Shown here piece after piece: positions 26,256 through 38,700 of a stretch of 64,000 bases of DNA. The translations under genes and the position numbers were made by a program. A model generated the notes under the pieces. The model searched no databases. It worked only from the letters and a program-made list of their open reading frames with translations, and was not told the origin of the DNA. Every line of letters starts with the position of its first letter. The stretch's first letter is position 1. Location of the stretch: the NCBI GenBank assembly GCA_964106915.2, contig OZ066914.1; one strand, given 5' to 3'. This DNA comes from Podarcis gaigeae. Lineage: Eukaryota.

Positions 26256-26339
26256 CTCGCATTCTGCTGAGATGTGGCCCATGTGTTCAGCAACAGAAGC
26301 AAAAGCAGCAGCAAGACATGCATCTTCATCCTCGCCTTC
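26256..26339 (-). CDS. AKIP1: AKIP1 coding exon (EGEDEDACLAAAFASVAEHMGHISAECE)
   Basis: Aligns to AKIP1 L.A.F..MAE.M...S..C; acag acceptor, GAG|gtaaat donor, 84 bp. Confidence 0.9.
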
Positions 26340-26941
26340 CTGTTTCCATGAAATAAAATGTCCTGTCACTATGAAAACAATGGGAAATATACAGCCCAAA
26401 AAGGCAACGCAGTGGTTGTATTTGCATGTCATTTTTTATACTGAAATCTCCATAATAAATTATAGTTTACTGTGATAGGAACAAGTCATAGCAAGCCTCA
26501 GGCTTGAGTTCCCCCCTCCATTATCCTCCACCACTGTAGAAGGAAAACTTTCACTTTGGTTTTCATTAACTACAGTTTAGTGTTCTATATATGCTGTTGG
26601 ATCTACTTGCGAGTCTATTCACACATACACATGAGCCTGTATCTTATACATATATTCAAAGAGGCACAGCATTGGAGATCTTTAATCTAGAGAAAATTGC
26701 CCACCACAATGGTGACAATTTAGAAATACTGCCTTGCTTATTTGGAAAAATGATCGAGAACCAACAAATATTGTCAAAATGAATATGAAATGTTTTCTTT
26801 TCACGAAATGGTTGGCAGTGAGTTAAATGATTTTGCAGCTTGGAAGTATCAATACAATAGAGAAATGTAGAATAGCAAGATGGCTACTTGTTTAAAAAAA
26901 AGTTACAGGCTACCAAAAGCTGCCTGATCTATAAATTTATA

Positions 26942-27167
26942 CAGTGGTACCTCAGGTTACACACGCTTCAGGTTACAGACTCCGCTAACCCAGAAATAGT
27001 GCTTCAGGTTAAGAACTTTGCTTCAGGATGAGAACAGAAATCGAGCACCGGCAGCGTGGTGGCAGCAGGAGGCCCCATTAGCTAAAGTGGTGCTTCAGGT
27101 TAAAAACAGTTTCAGGTTAAGAATGGAGCTCCGGAACGAATTAAGTACTTAACCCGAGGTACCACTT
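26942..27167. mobile_element. Tc1/Mariner MITE (same family as 13042-13275)
   Basis: Same TIRs and body; TA flanks. Confidence 0.9.
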
Positions 27168-28494
27168 TATTGGTATTACTGAGCTAGGTGAAGATGGGAG
27201 GAGAAGAATTCGCCTTGCATGGATCAGGTACTAAAAAACCAGCTGAGTGGAATCCTAAGCCCTCAAAGGGAAAAGCTGAAATGCAAAAGACTGTGTGTTG
27301 GTTAATGCAAGTATTAGCAGACGGCAAGATTAAGGAAATGAGAAAACTAGGGATTGGAAAGAGAAGACACTAATAATCACTTCTCATGAGGAAGGGAGAG
27401 TGAACAGAAGTGATTTCTAAAGTTTCACCGTGACTTGTGGTGGCATGGCTGTAACTGAACCCAAGGTTCTTTGTAGTGTAATCAATTCATTTGGGTGGTG
27501 AGCCCTTTATAAGCAGAAGGTGAAAACTTGCATGTTTTCCTCTATCCTCTGAAAGGACACTGTTGGCTCAGGATGTGATGGGGTGACTGAAGGCAGGCAA
27601 GCCTTCCTAGGGAGTGCTGATTCCAACCCTAGCTTCCTTAGATTCTAGTTAATAACGTTTCAAAAACAGAAAAAGGCATTTCTTACATGATATGTAGCAT
27701 TGGCTGTTGCTTTCCACGATGCTCCTGACTAATCCAAAGAAAATAAACAGAGGTGAGAGGCAGGTAAACAGGGAGAAAAGGCAAGGGAAAGGTCAAACTA
27801 TGGCCCCTGAAGGCATCCAAGTATTACAGCAGGCATGAAACACAGGGTTTGTGGACATATTTTGGATCTGTAAGATGTCCAGTTATAGGAAACAGATTTT
27901 CTGGCATTAGCTCTAACACAATGGGCAACCGCTTTAATAACAGTTCTGGACAGAAGGAACATTTTGTTGCTGTTGTTTAGTCGTGTCCGATTCTTCGTGA
28001 CCCCATGGAAGGAACATTAGATACTAGTTAACAGAATTACTATTAAACATATCAATATGTTTCCCTAAATGAAGGTCATGAGAGGTCTCTGGCTAATCAG
28101 AACTCACATGGAGGGAAGACAGTGGTACTTTCCCAGGAAATGTATATTTAGACTTAATCCAATTACTGGTGGGAGAAGATGGAAGAACCCTCAGGCCAAA
28201 AAGGAGCATATGCTTACATTAGATATAGCAAGAAACTAGTTAGGCTTGAAGCTATGTCATCATCAAAATGACTGTTCCTTCCTATGCACAGCTGCTACTA
28301 TAGGAAGATATCCTGTTTAAACCAATGCTTCTGTCTCTGTTACTTTGCAATGGCAACATGCTCATTGCTCAAAGCAAAACCAAAATAGACACAGGGTTCC
28401 AAGGCATATGCTGAGTTTCAGCCGATCTGAGCTAAACCTTAAACTGTGGTTATTTTAACTACGGTATATTTTCTTGAAAAAAACCGGCTTCATA

Positions 28495-28607
28495 GGGTCT
28501 GAAACCACATAAGGCTTGCGTCTGCTCAGTGCCTGGATGGGTGACTACTTGGAAAACACATGAACACTGCTTTGGGTTCCATGGCTGAAGAGAGGCAGGA
28601 TATATCT
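28495..28607 (+). mobile_element. Degenerate 5S rRNA-derived SINE
   Basis: agtgcctggatgggtgact at 28528-28546 resembles the 5S internal control region AGTACTTGGATGGGAGACC and is followed by a non-5S tail. Confidence 0.5.
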
Positions 28608-30081
28608 CTACGAAAACAAACTGGTTTGAAGTTTCAGACAAACCAGTTCTGATAACATGATGAACCACAGTTGCTCATGGACAGTAGCAAAAGATTCTGA
28701 ACTCCTCCTTGCAGCTCTTTATCCAATATCTGAGGATTATTATAAGCTATTATCAAGTGCTTCCTGCAGCTATCCAATCAAAGAACCAGGATATTGAGAG
28801 TTGTGGCAGAATTCTATACCCTTACCCTAAGAGTTATGGAAGAATTCTGTTCTTTTGCTCACCCACCCTGCCTTGACTTCATGCACATCAAGGGTTATGA
28901 TGAGACACTACAAATCCTCTAAAGGGGTAGCATGCCATTTTTACATTTTAGTTTTACGGAGAGATTTTCATTTCAGTTCCATTTCTGGTATTGAAAAAAA
29001 TCCTCTTAGTTTCTGAAGTAAAGAGAACATTTGAGTGGTTCTTTTGGATTATTGCTGCTTCAGAAAAGATTTCAGTCTTGTACAGTTTTCCTGTGGACTG
29101 AGTATGTGTCATTTTAACAAATGAAACAACAACAACTGTTTGCCTCCCATTTGGTTTTACCTGACATTTTCTGTCTTATTCAGAGTCCCACGTTTAACAA
29201 ATGGCAGGCAAAAATAACTTGCTTGAAGATTTAAGAAAGAAAATGTGGGCAAAAAGGTAACAGGTAAAGGAAAACACAGATGGCACATGAAATAATATTT
29301 TACATACCTACATGCAGGGCAAACCTTTGAGAAAAGGCAGTATCTACAGTGACAATTATATTTAGCAATCTTTGTAATGAGCCAAGTAGCACCCCCTGTT
29401 CAGTTAGTTATACAAGCAATCTTGTAAGATACACAACAGAAGCAGACAAGGCCTTATCATCTGGAACCAGAATAGCCAGCTGTTGCTGGACTCCAACTCC
29501 ATCAGCCCCAGGCAGCAAGGCCAATGGTTGGGAATTATGGGAACAATGGGAACCCCAAAGAATCATTAGATGACACCAGAGTCGGGCCAGCTATTAGGCA
29601 GGGTGAGGTCGCTGCCTCAGGTGGCAAAGCCCCCCAAGCAAGCCCATCAGCGCCGATTTCAGGCAAGATCACATCCACTGTGGGCGAGACCTCACCCAAA
29701 ATCTTGCAGAGCATGCAAAAGCTCACTCAAAATCAGCACGATCTTGCCTGAAATGGGCTATAATGGCTGTGGCGCTTCTTTGCCAGCAGATGGAACAGGG
29801 TGTGCAGTAGCAGTTATGGCATCGTCAGTGGCAAGGTGGCACTTCCCATTTTGCTTCAAGTGGCAAAATTGGATGCACCACCCCCGGGTAACTTTCTCTA
29901 ATCTCTTTGTTGGTGCATCTGGAGTGAAACCGAGCTCTTAACCATAGTGGGCGACAAGAACACCGAGGACATTCAGCTCTGTTTAGGTATTATTACAACT
30001 TACTCACAATGGAACAGCAGCTTCTCGGTAGCATTAAAAGGTTCAGGTATGGAAGCAACTGCCTTTGGTTACAGCACTTAC

Positions 30082-30219
30082 CTGAAAAGCCCTCCTTTCA
30101 AATGTAGCAGGCAATGGCCAGTTCAATTTCCGTGTTTTTGCCCGCTCCAGAACTTCCTGGGCCAGTGTTGCTGTGCGCTGCATGCGATAGCGGTTCAAGC
30201 TTATTTCTTGGGATTCCAT
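30082..30219 (-). CDS. AKIP1: AKIP1 first coding exon (MESQEISLNRYRMQRTATLAQEVLERAKTRKLNWPLPATFERRAFQ)
   Basis: QR.A.LA.EVLERAK.R...W is the AKIP1 N-terminal motif; acceptor at 30230-30231, CAG|gtaagt donor. Confidence 0.93.
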
Positions 30220-31689
30220 TTCTTGTGTCCTGACTTAAAAAAAATATTTAGCCCAATGAATTTGTTCAGGCAGTCACGGACAAACACGCTAACCAAAAAG
30301 ACAGAGGGAGGAGATCAATAACAAAACTACATTTCCTAGCCATCTCCCCAAAGATTCAGGTTCTTTTTTCATTACCCAAAAGCTGCCCTGCCCATTTACT
30401 GAAGCTCACAACCCTGCAGCCCTTTTGTGTTGGGAGGGGGGATACAGGCTGGCATTTTAATGCCAAGAAGATCATCTGGAGGCTTCAAAATGCTTCCATG
30501 CATGAGGAGCCCCACTCCCACACCAAATACCCATCTGAAAGCAGCTGCTCATGCTGCTTACCATTCCCACTCACCTCTCCTTTGCCTGTTAAGCAAGCAG
30601 GCAGCAGTGATGAAGAGGAGGAGGGGAGCTAGTGGCAATGAGCTGGTTCAGATGCAATGCTAAGTGCTGGTTTAGCATTATATGAAGGAGTCTTGGGCAA
30701 GCATGGTCTCCCTTCCTCTGCCCTCCCCTGGTGCAGCTGTGGGATGACTTCTGTTTTTAATTCACCATTTACTGTTACACCCAGTGCCTAAACTGTAGCT
30801 AGCTTTAACTATACTTTAGGAAAAGAAGACTTCACAAGCCAACATAATTAAGACAAACAACACTTTGTCTGGGTTCAGACAGAACATTACAATCTTGCCC
30901 TCACAACCATGCCCAAGGAAGATCAGGAAGAGCTGTTACGTCCAAGGCTTGTTCACATAACATTAAGCCATGGTGTTATGCCTTGTGCAATGCAATCAGT
31001 GGCATTATGTCACCACACTATGTGTGGCCCTGCAAGCCAATGAGTGGAAGGAGGAGAAGAGAAGGTAACACACGACACACAAATGATATGCTATACAGGG
31101 CAAGTAGAGGTGACTATATCTCAACTTAATAAGTCAATATATAAGTAAACCTCTTGCCTCCCCCCACTTGCCCCCTTCATAGGATGAGCATTCAGACTGG
31201 GAAACTATACCGTTCAATTTCAAAACAAGCCTGGGCATGAAATAAATTGATTTAATATCCTGGATTGTTTCAACGCTAGGACTTACAGGGTGCTTCCAGA
31301 AGGGGGCTAAATACTGTAAAAGAGATATTGGCAACAGGTTCGTTTTTCTTTTTTAGAAAAACTTATCAGATTTTTACCAGAAATGGTACATTTAGGTTCA
31401 ATTGTGGAGGGGTAAGAATACAAACCGGCCTTTTGATGACATCACCACCTGGCTGCTGCAAGAAAAAGAAAAAAAGCGCTTCCCCGTGCACAAACAGCAC
31501 CACTCCCACCCAAAGCACACCTCTGGAAGCACCTAGTTTCCCTATTTAGACCAAAAAAAGAGGGCACGTGTGGCTTTTGGATTTGATTACTCACCCTACC
31601 AAAGAAAAAGGAATAGTCTCGTTCTTATCTCAGCTTATTAAGCGAAGGCATGATAAATAATCCAAAACGGGCAACATTACATACAGTGG

Positions 31690-32480
31690 CGCACCCTGCA
31701 AAGCGCGAGCACAAATAAAGCAATGCTCGTGCTTCCCTCTTGTGCCGCGGGAAGAGGAGCGACTTTATTTGCTTGTGCGCTCTTTCCACTTATAGACCGC
31801 TCCGTGACCCAAAAGACCTCGAAGCGGCTTAAGCGATTAACACCCTCCGCCAGCTACGGCTCTCATCACCCCCAGCTGGGTTGGCGGGAGTTGGTTGTCC
31901 AGCACACGCGGAGGGCACCAGGTTGGGGGAAGGCGCGGTTCACCAGACCCTCCCGAGGGAAGCCTTCCTCTCCCGCGCGCGCGCTCCGCTGAGAAGGCGC
32001 ACATGCTCCCTCTACCGGCAGGCTGGGGGAACTCACCGTCAGCCGTACTTCCTGGGGGAACTCAGCAATAAGCGGCGATAACAGATCCTCCTGCGCGAAG
32101 CCCCCGCTTCCCTTTTAAAGCGTCAGCGGCCAAAGGAGCCGCCGGTGACGTCACCGAGCAGCCGCTCTCCTTTTCTACGAGCTTCTAACGGCGGCGAGCG
32201 GGTGTCCCTGTTTAGCGGGCGGCGCTGCGTCACAAAGGGCGTGCGTGACGACCCGCTTTCCTCTTCCCGGAGGGTGACCTCCGTAAAGCGGCGGTTCTGC
32301 TGCCGCTGGCTCGGTGGAACTCGGCGGGACTCGCTTCTGAGTAAACACGCGTGGGGCGGCGGTCGTGTGCACGCGCCATTCAGAAACGTGTCCCGAGTCA
32401 GCGGAAAGGCTGGAAAAGAGCCTTTGCACGCGTACCGGGGAGCAAGCCCCGTTGGCTTTCACTGGACTTGCTTCTGAGTA
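31690..32480. promoter_or_regulatory. AKIP1: CpG island: AKIP1 promoter and non-coding exon 1 (minus-strand donor GTGAGT at 32036-32031); possibly bidirectional
   Basis: Dense CpG; full CRE TGACGTCA at 32146-32153, several CGTCA half-sites, ETS-like ACTTCC. Confidence 0.8.
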
Positions 32481-32888
32481 AACGTGCATAGAGCTCTGCT
32501 GTTTTGCGGATGTCAGTCTTGAGCCCAATGGGCACCGAAAAAAGATCCACTTGTTACATTCTGTATGTGGCAGTGTTCCCTGGGTGTGCTGTAGAGCAGC
32601 TGGTTTCTCTTTAGGTCACATCCACACCACAGCTTTTCCCCAAGGAAGCTTGAGAACTGTAGGATGCTTGGATTTGTAGCTCTGTTACAAGTCTACAGTT
32701 CCCAGTGTTATTTGCAAGAAGCCATGACTTTTTATGGGATATAAATGTGCTTTAGGTGTAGGGTGTGGGTGTCACCTTGCATCACAATCGTAGGCATGTT
32801 TACTCCAAAATTCCACCCTTGTCGAATGGAGCTGGTTTCAATGCCATTCTACTCTGGAGTGTCCAAGTGGAATTTACTTCTGACTACT

Positions 32889-33241
32889 GGGATGCAGGTG
32901 GCGCTGTGGGTTAAACCACAGAGCCTAGGACTTGCCCATCAGAAGGTTGGCGGTTCGAATCCCCGCGATGGGGTGAGCTCCCCTTGCTCGGTCCCTGATC
33001 CTGCCAACCTAGCAGTTCGAAAGCAAGTCAAAGTGCAAGTAGATAAATAGGTACCGCTCCGGCGGGAAGGTAAACAGTGTTTCCGTGCGCTGCTCTGGTT
33101 CGCCAGAAGTGGCTTAGTCATGCTGGCCACATGACCTGGAAGCTGTACGCCGGCTCCCTCGGCCAATAAAGTGAGATGAGCGCTGCAACCCCAGAGTCGG
33201 TCACGAATGGACCTTATGGTCAGGGGTCCCTTTCCCTTTAC
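32889..33241 (+). mobile_element. Sauria SINE, full length
   Basis: tRNA head with B box GGTTCGAATCC, gtgcaagtagataaataggtacc core, (CCTTTA)-type tail. Confidence 0.9.
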
Positions 33242-33364
33242 TGTACATCTGGGTTAAGATTGGGATGTTAATCTCTGCACTAAAAATCCTCAAGATAAAT
33301 GCTGAACACAGAATAGCCTTCTTTCAAACAGGCTCACTACATAGTATGGTTGCCACCTTTTGTA

Positions 33365-33660
33365 AGCTCCCATTACTCTGTCCCAGCTTCTGCCAACCTA
33401 GCAGTTCAAAAGCACACCAGTGCAAGTAGATAAATAGGTACTGCTGCGACGGGAAGGTAAACAGTGTTTCCGTGCAGTCTGGCTTCTGTCACAGTGTTCC
33501 ATTGCTCCAGAAGTGGTTTAGTCACGTTAGCCACAAGACCCAGAAAGCTGTCTGTGGACAAACGCCGGCTCTCTCAGCCTGAAGCAAGATGAGCGCTGCA
33601 CCCCATAGATGCCTTTGACTGGACTTAACCATCCTGGGGTCCTTACCTTTAACTTTTACC
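33365..33660 (+). mobile_element. Sauria SINE, 5'-truncated, different subfamily
   Basis: Same core and tail; head missing. Confidence 0.85.
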
Positions 33661-34049
33661 TAGTGTTTTGATCTATACCATTTAAAAACTTTTTCAAGTT
33701 GCTACCTATGAAATCTGTTAAGGAGAATGGAGAATGCCAGAACTATCTTTTTTACTTTATTATTCTGGCCAGTTGGCAACCCTAATTCTGAGCCATTTTC
33801 CTGGGATTCCTGGTATATTCTAAAGGTCTGTATATAAAGTATTTTGTGCAGACTAGTTCCAGTTGCTGGTTGTTATTCTGCTGCCTGCCTGGGGCTTTCA
33901 GGTTCCGGCCAGCCTAAACATTGGCACCACCCCTGACCAAGAAACTCCATGGTGGGCTGTGTGAATCCAGAACTAGCTCCACAGAAAAAAAAAAAGAGTG
34001 GCTGGAGGGACAGAGTTGAATCCAGCTCTCTGCACACCCACACTTGTGG

Positions 34050-34458
34050 GATGGAGGTTTTTAGAGAAAGAGATAGAGCTCAGAACCCCCCTTTCGGGTC
34101 GAGCAATGGTCCACGGTCTCTCTCACTAACCGGACCAAGAGAAAGGTAAGAAGGAGCGATAGAGAGGAGGGCAGAGAATTCAGTTGCCAGGAGATTTCCA
34201 CCCCCTTCCCACCAGTGCACTGGATTTTTCCTTTTCCTTATACTCACGTGTCCTCTATGATGATCCCAGGATCGATGAATAAGCCGGCTGGATCCCTCTT
34301 TGCTCCCCGGCTGAACTCCTGGGGCTTTCGATCACCGCCCGGAAGATGGCCGGGAGTCCAAAGGATCTTCCCAGGCAAAATGGCCCGGTGCCGGCTGAAG
34401 ATTTCAGGGCCCCCGGTCAGCAACACAGGAGAACCGCAAAGCCCCACGTTGGGCGCCA
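34050..34458 (-). mobile_element. ERV primer-binding site (tRNA-Lys1,2) and leader with splice donor, truncated before gag
   Basis: 34458-34441 reads TGGCGCCCAACGTGGGGC, 2 nt after the LTR terminal CA; donor-like AC|GTGAGT at 34247-34242. Left boundary approximate. Confidence 0.8.
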
Positions 34459-34460
34459 TC

Positions 34461-35037
34461 TGTTACGGTAAAAAATCTATGAGTGCGAGACTGCTCTGCC
34501 ACTCAGCTTGTTGGACTAAGTCCGCGGGTCCCTGCGGAGGAAAATGAGCTCAGCCGGAGACAGGAGCAAGCAACAGAAGATCCAAGTTTATTGCGCAACA
34601 GGTTCAAGGCGAGATTGAACAGCGAGAAAGGGGTGACATAAACTTTTGAAACTTCCCTCCATGTCCCAGAATACAGTGCAAAATACATCCCAGTTACATC
34701 ATGAATACATTAAAGAGATCTTGGGTTACACAGATTACATCATGAATACATTAAGAAGAGGTTGGGTTACACAGGATTAACGTATGGAGGAGGGAGGGGG
34801 GAATATGCAGAGCTGGAGATATGCGCAGATAAGCACATCCTGATGAGAAGACAATGGTCCATGTACTGGCATTTCCTGGAGGAAAGGCTTGGCAGAGTGA
34901 TTTGACAAGATTAGGGTCTTGACACCTTGCTTGAGGGATTATGGAGGACAGGGGAGGGGTGATGGAATCCTAGAGAAATTGAGCAAATTGGCACGTTGAT
35001 TTTCTATGAATTTTATAGATTTTAGTCCCTTTTGACA
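34461..35037 (-). mobile_element. Endogenous retrovirus 5' LTR (~577 bp)
   Basis: On the minus strand: TG...CA termini with an imperfect terminal inverted repeat (aaaatctat), AATAAA at 34592-34587, ~43-bp tandem repeat in U3 (34693-34779), adjacent PBS. Confidence 0.78.
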
Positions 35038-35289
35038 TTGACAATTGGAAATAAATTGATATACTGTAGCGAAGAAGAAGGTGAAGAAGACATGCCCCCC
35101 CTTCCGTATCAATTTATATTGGCAAAAGCTTCTGCTGTGGTTTTTACTGGTGAAACTGTGTGCCAGAAATTTAAGAGAGGCGTGGGTAACTATTACATTA
35201 TTGGGGTGCAGGCGTTTGGGCAGAATCTGATTAAATGGTCCAAAGTCTTTATGGAGCTACTGTGTTTGCTGTCTGCAACAATTTTAAGA

Positions 35290-35646
35290 CAGGTGGCGCT
35301 GTGGGTTAAAGCCTCAGCGCCTAGGACTTGCCGATCGAAAGGTCGGCGGTTCGAATCCCTGTGGCGGGGTGCGCTCCCGCTGCTCGGTCCCAGCGCCTGC
35401 CAACCTAGCAGTTCGAAAGCACCTCCGGGTGCAAGTAGATAAATAGGGACCGCTTACCAGCGGGAAGGTAAACGGCATTTCCGTGTGCGGCTCTGGCTCA
35501 CCAGATGCAGCTTTGTCACGCTGGCCACGTGACCCGGAAGTGTCTCCGGACAGCGCTGGCCCCTGGCCTCTTGAGTGACATGGGCGCACAACCCCAGAGT
35601 CTGTCAAGACTGGCCCGTACAGGCAGGGGTACCTTTACCTTTACCT
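35290..35646 (+). mobile_element. Sauria SINE
   Basis: B box, conserved core, (ACCTTT)n tail. Confidence 0.9.
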
Positions 35647-35757
35647 AGTTGTCTTGTTTGGGGTTTTATTAATGTTAACTGTTATTTGTTTGTTTGTTCA
35701 CCATTTTATAATCCACCCTGGGATCTCTACCTGATGAAGGGTAGTTTAGAAATTCAA

Positions 35758-35797
35758 ATACATACATACATACATACATACATACATACATACATAC
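35758..35797. repeat. (ATAC)n microsatellite
   Basis: Read directly from the sequence. Confidence 0.95.
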
Positions 35798-38700
35798 AGT
35801 ACTCAGTTTTTGTTTTTACATTTCCAGTTTACCTAAACTGAGCCCTCAGTACAGCTTACAAATATATTGGGTGTTGGAGTTCTGCAGATGTTTTCAAATA
35901 GGACTATATTTACCAGAACAGTACCTGCAAAATCTTTGGGTTTTGTATGACATCAGAGTTCTAAGCTAAAAAGCTTTGTTCTTCCAAGTACAATTTTCTT
36001 CAGCCAGACAACAGTTTCTTTTGACTTTTAAGAACATTTCTGCCCCATTGTGCAAGGATTTGCATCCATGCACAGCTATCCATGCTGTCAGCAATTTTGT
36101 TGTTGGGCCATTTGGAAACTGCTGACTATGTAATGCAATGCACCGAGGAACATCTTTGCCTGGAATTGCCTTTTATGAGGAGCAGATGAACTCTTATTAT
36201 GCGCTGCAGAAGGCTGTGACCTTCTGCATACAAGGCTGCTTTTTGGATTATGAAGGATTGTCAGCAGAGTATTACTATTCAGAGCAATCACTCCCTCTAA
36301 CAGCAAACTTAGGTGGTTAACTGGCAATCAATTTGGCAGTGAAATGAGGACACCCAAACATAATGTAGTTTAAAGTTAATTCAATGTACACTGAAATCAC
36401 ACGGCTTCCCCTGAATAATTATGGGAACTGTAGTTCCCCGTTATAGAGCTACAGTCCCCAACATGCTTAACAAGCTACAGTTCTCAGGATTATCTGGGGA
36501 AGAATGTGCTTTAAATATATCTAAATTGGCTGTTAGGAGCTTCTGAGTTTACAGAATGTTGATAGCTGTTGACCTGGGGTTGGGACCTAAAGAAAAGTCA
36601 GGCAGACTGCAAGTCTGCTAATAAGACTGTGACTGAGAGTACTTTTAAGATACAAAATGTTCATGTTCAGCTGAACATAAAACCAGAAAAGAAAAAAGGG
36701 GGAATGGAAGGCTAAGGAAGAAAAGGAATTCATCTATTCAAACCCCTGACAGCTTAGAGTATGTATTCTGAACAGGTGGGATTTAATAGTTGCAAGAAAG
36801 AATAAATTTCAGTAAGTGTGGTTTTCATACTATTTTTAAAGGTGCAGGAGCTCTGACTTCTCTTTGAGCTGGCTACCTAATTCTCCATTGTTAAGGAGTG
36901 GAGATGGTTACAATAAGGCAAGAGACCTTCATCTTCTGAGGTAATTTTTTTGCATCTCTATAGGCTATGTATGTGTTGTTGTGACCTACATAACACACTA
37001 AGCCAATATAAGTTGTACCGTATTGTCCTAAGCTCATCGGATTTTGATCCTAACATAAAATTTATTCTTTATGAAATGAGAAAGCAGAACCATTAGTACA
37101 TTAAAGGGTCATTAACCTATTTCCTTGTAGAGGTAATTAACTGAAGGTTTGAGGGGAAGATAAAAAAAATTCTGAGACATCTCACATGCCATGCTTCTGG
37201 GGCTTTTAATTTTAACTTTTTACTTATGTGAAAAATGCCGCTTTGAAAAACAGTGGCTACATCAGGAAACTTTGGGAAATTGTTGTTAAAATAACACAGA
37301 ACATGCTAACTGTGTATGAAAATGAAAAAATGGGTCCGTAGGTTGACATTTTCCCATTTACCCATTACAGCAATGAAGCTTGGATGCTGCTAGAGCATGG
37401 ATAACTGTGGCTGCATCATTCATTTTTTGGGAGGGGATGCAGCCAGCACACCAAAGTTGGGAAAAGGGGCCACTTGGGCATTCAACAGCAATGGTGGATT
37501 GAGGAGCAATCCTGACTGTGAGTGAAACCATGGATGTTGGAACCACATCCACTACAAGCTGAATAGAGCCTCCACAGTCATTCTACCCAGTACTTTTTTC
37601 TGGGGATACGCATACCCCTAAATATTTTGTGAATCTTTGTACTTTTATCCATTTACTGTATTTATTTTTTCCCCAATTTTCTTGAGTCAAAGTGAGAGTA
37701 TCCCTAAACATTTTTTGGGGGGAAAAGCACTGGTTCCACCTACCTATATTATCTCCATCTTATTTTAATTCGGCTTCAGTTCACTAGCCCTCAAATCAAC
37801 TGTCCCATTATTGACTGTAAGCACCTCTTTGGTGCATCTGCTGTATCACCTGGATTAAATGGAAATAAAAAAATAGTTGGATGTCAATTGCATAGTGACA
37901 AACCTCCACAGCAACAATTGTTCCTATAATATCCAGAGAAATTTTATGGGTCACTCCACAATCAAGACCTCTCTCCTGGTCAGATCATTGCCCAAATTAC
38001 AGGTAATGTTGCCATTCCCTCTGACTCAATTTTGCACCTATTCAACTTCATTAACTACAAACCCCAAAATTTGGGTCCCATTCCTTGCATTTACTCCTGC
38101 CTGCTTGCCCCTTCTCAGGTTTCCCTCCACAGTTCTGCTACACATTCTGAGGTTTCCATATCTTCTGATTTTTTATTCCTCCAGCTTGATCTCTGAAGAT
38201 GCCAGGTTTAACCCTCTAACGCATGTGAATCAATTCCTCTATTATTATTCTCTAATCCTTTTCTATGCCAAGATGAAACCTTTGTGGGTGAATTAGATAG
38301 AAACTTCTCTCTTCTCTTGGGAACAATGTTAAATTACTCCTGGGGAAAAATAGGGGAAATAATAATGATAGCAATAATAAACATTATTGTTACCATTACT
38401 ATTCATTATTAACATAATAATGAATGCCATCATTATACATTATCCCCCCACCCCAATGAAGTGAAGCTACAACAGACAATCAGGCAGCCAGAAGGTCTTG
38501 GGCAGTATCATCTGTCATCTTTCCAGCAAATGGGGAATATGACCCACTTTCTGTTTACATTTTATAATCATCATACCCAAGTTGCTTCATTAGAGCAGCA
38601 GCCAGCTGTTTGCCAGAGATTTATTCTATAATAAACAACCATTTCCTGTATTGCTTGAGGGTGGGGAGACATGACCAGCTAAGATCCTAATTCTGCAAAG

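Noticed and set aside
28495-28607. Functional 5S rRNA gene
   Set aside because: Only a degenerate internal segment matches, followed by a SINE-like tail.
32939-33166. Recurrent small ORFs (also 35314-35607, 44448-44717, 54911-55153) resembling a gene family
   Set aside because: All are translations of Sauria SINE copies.
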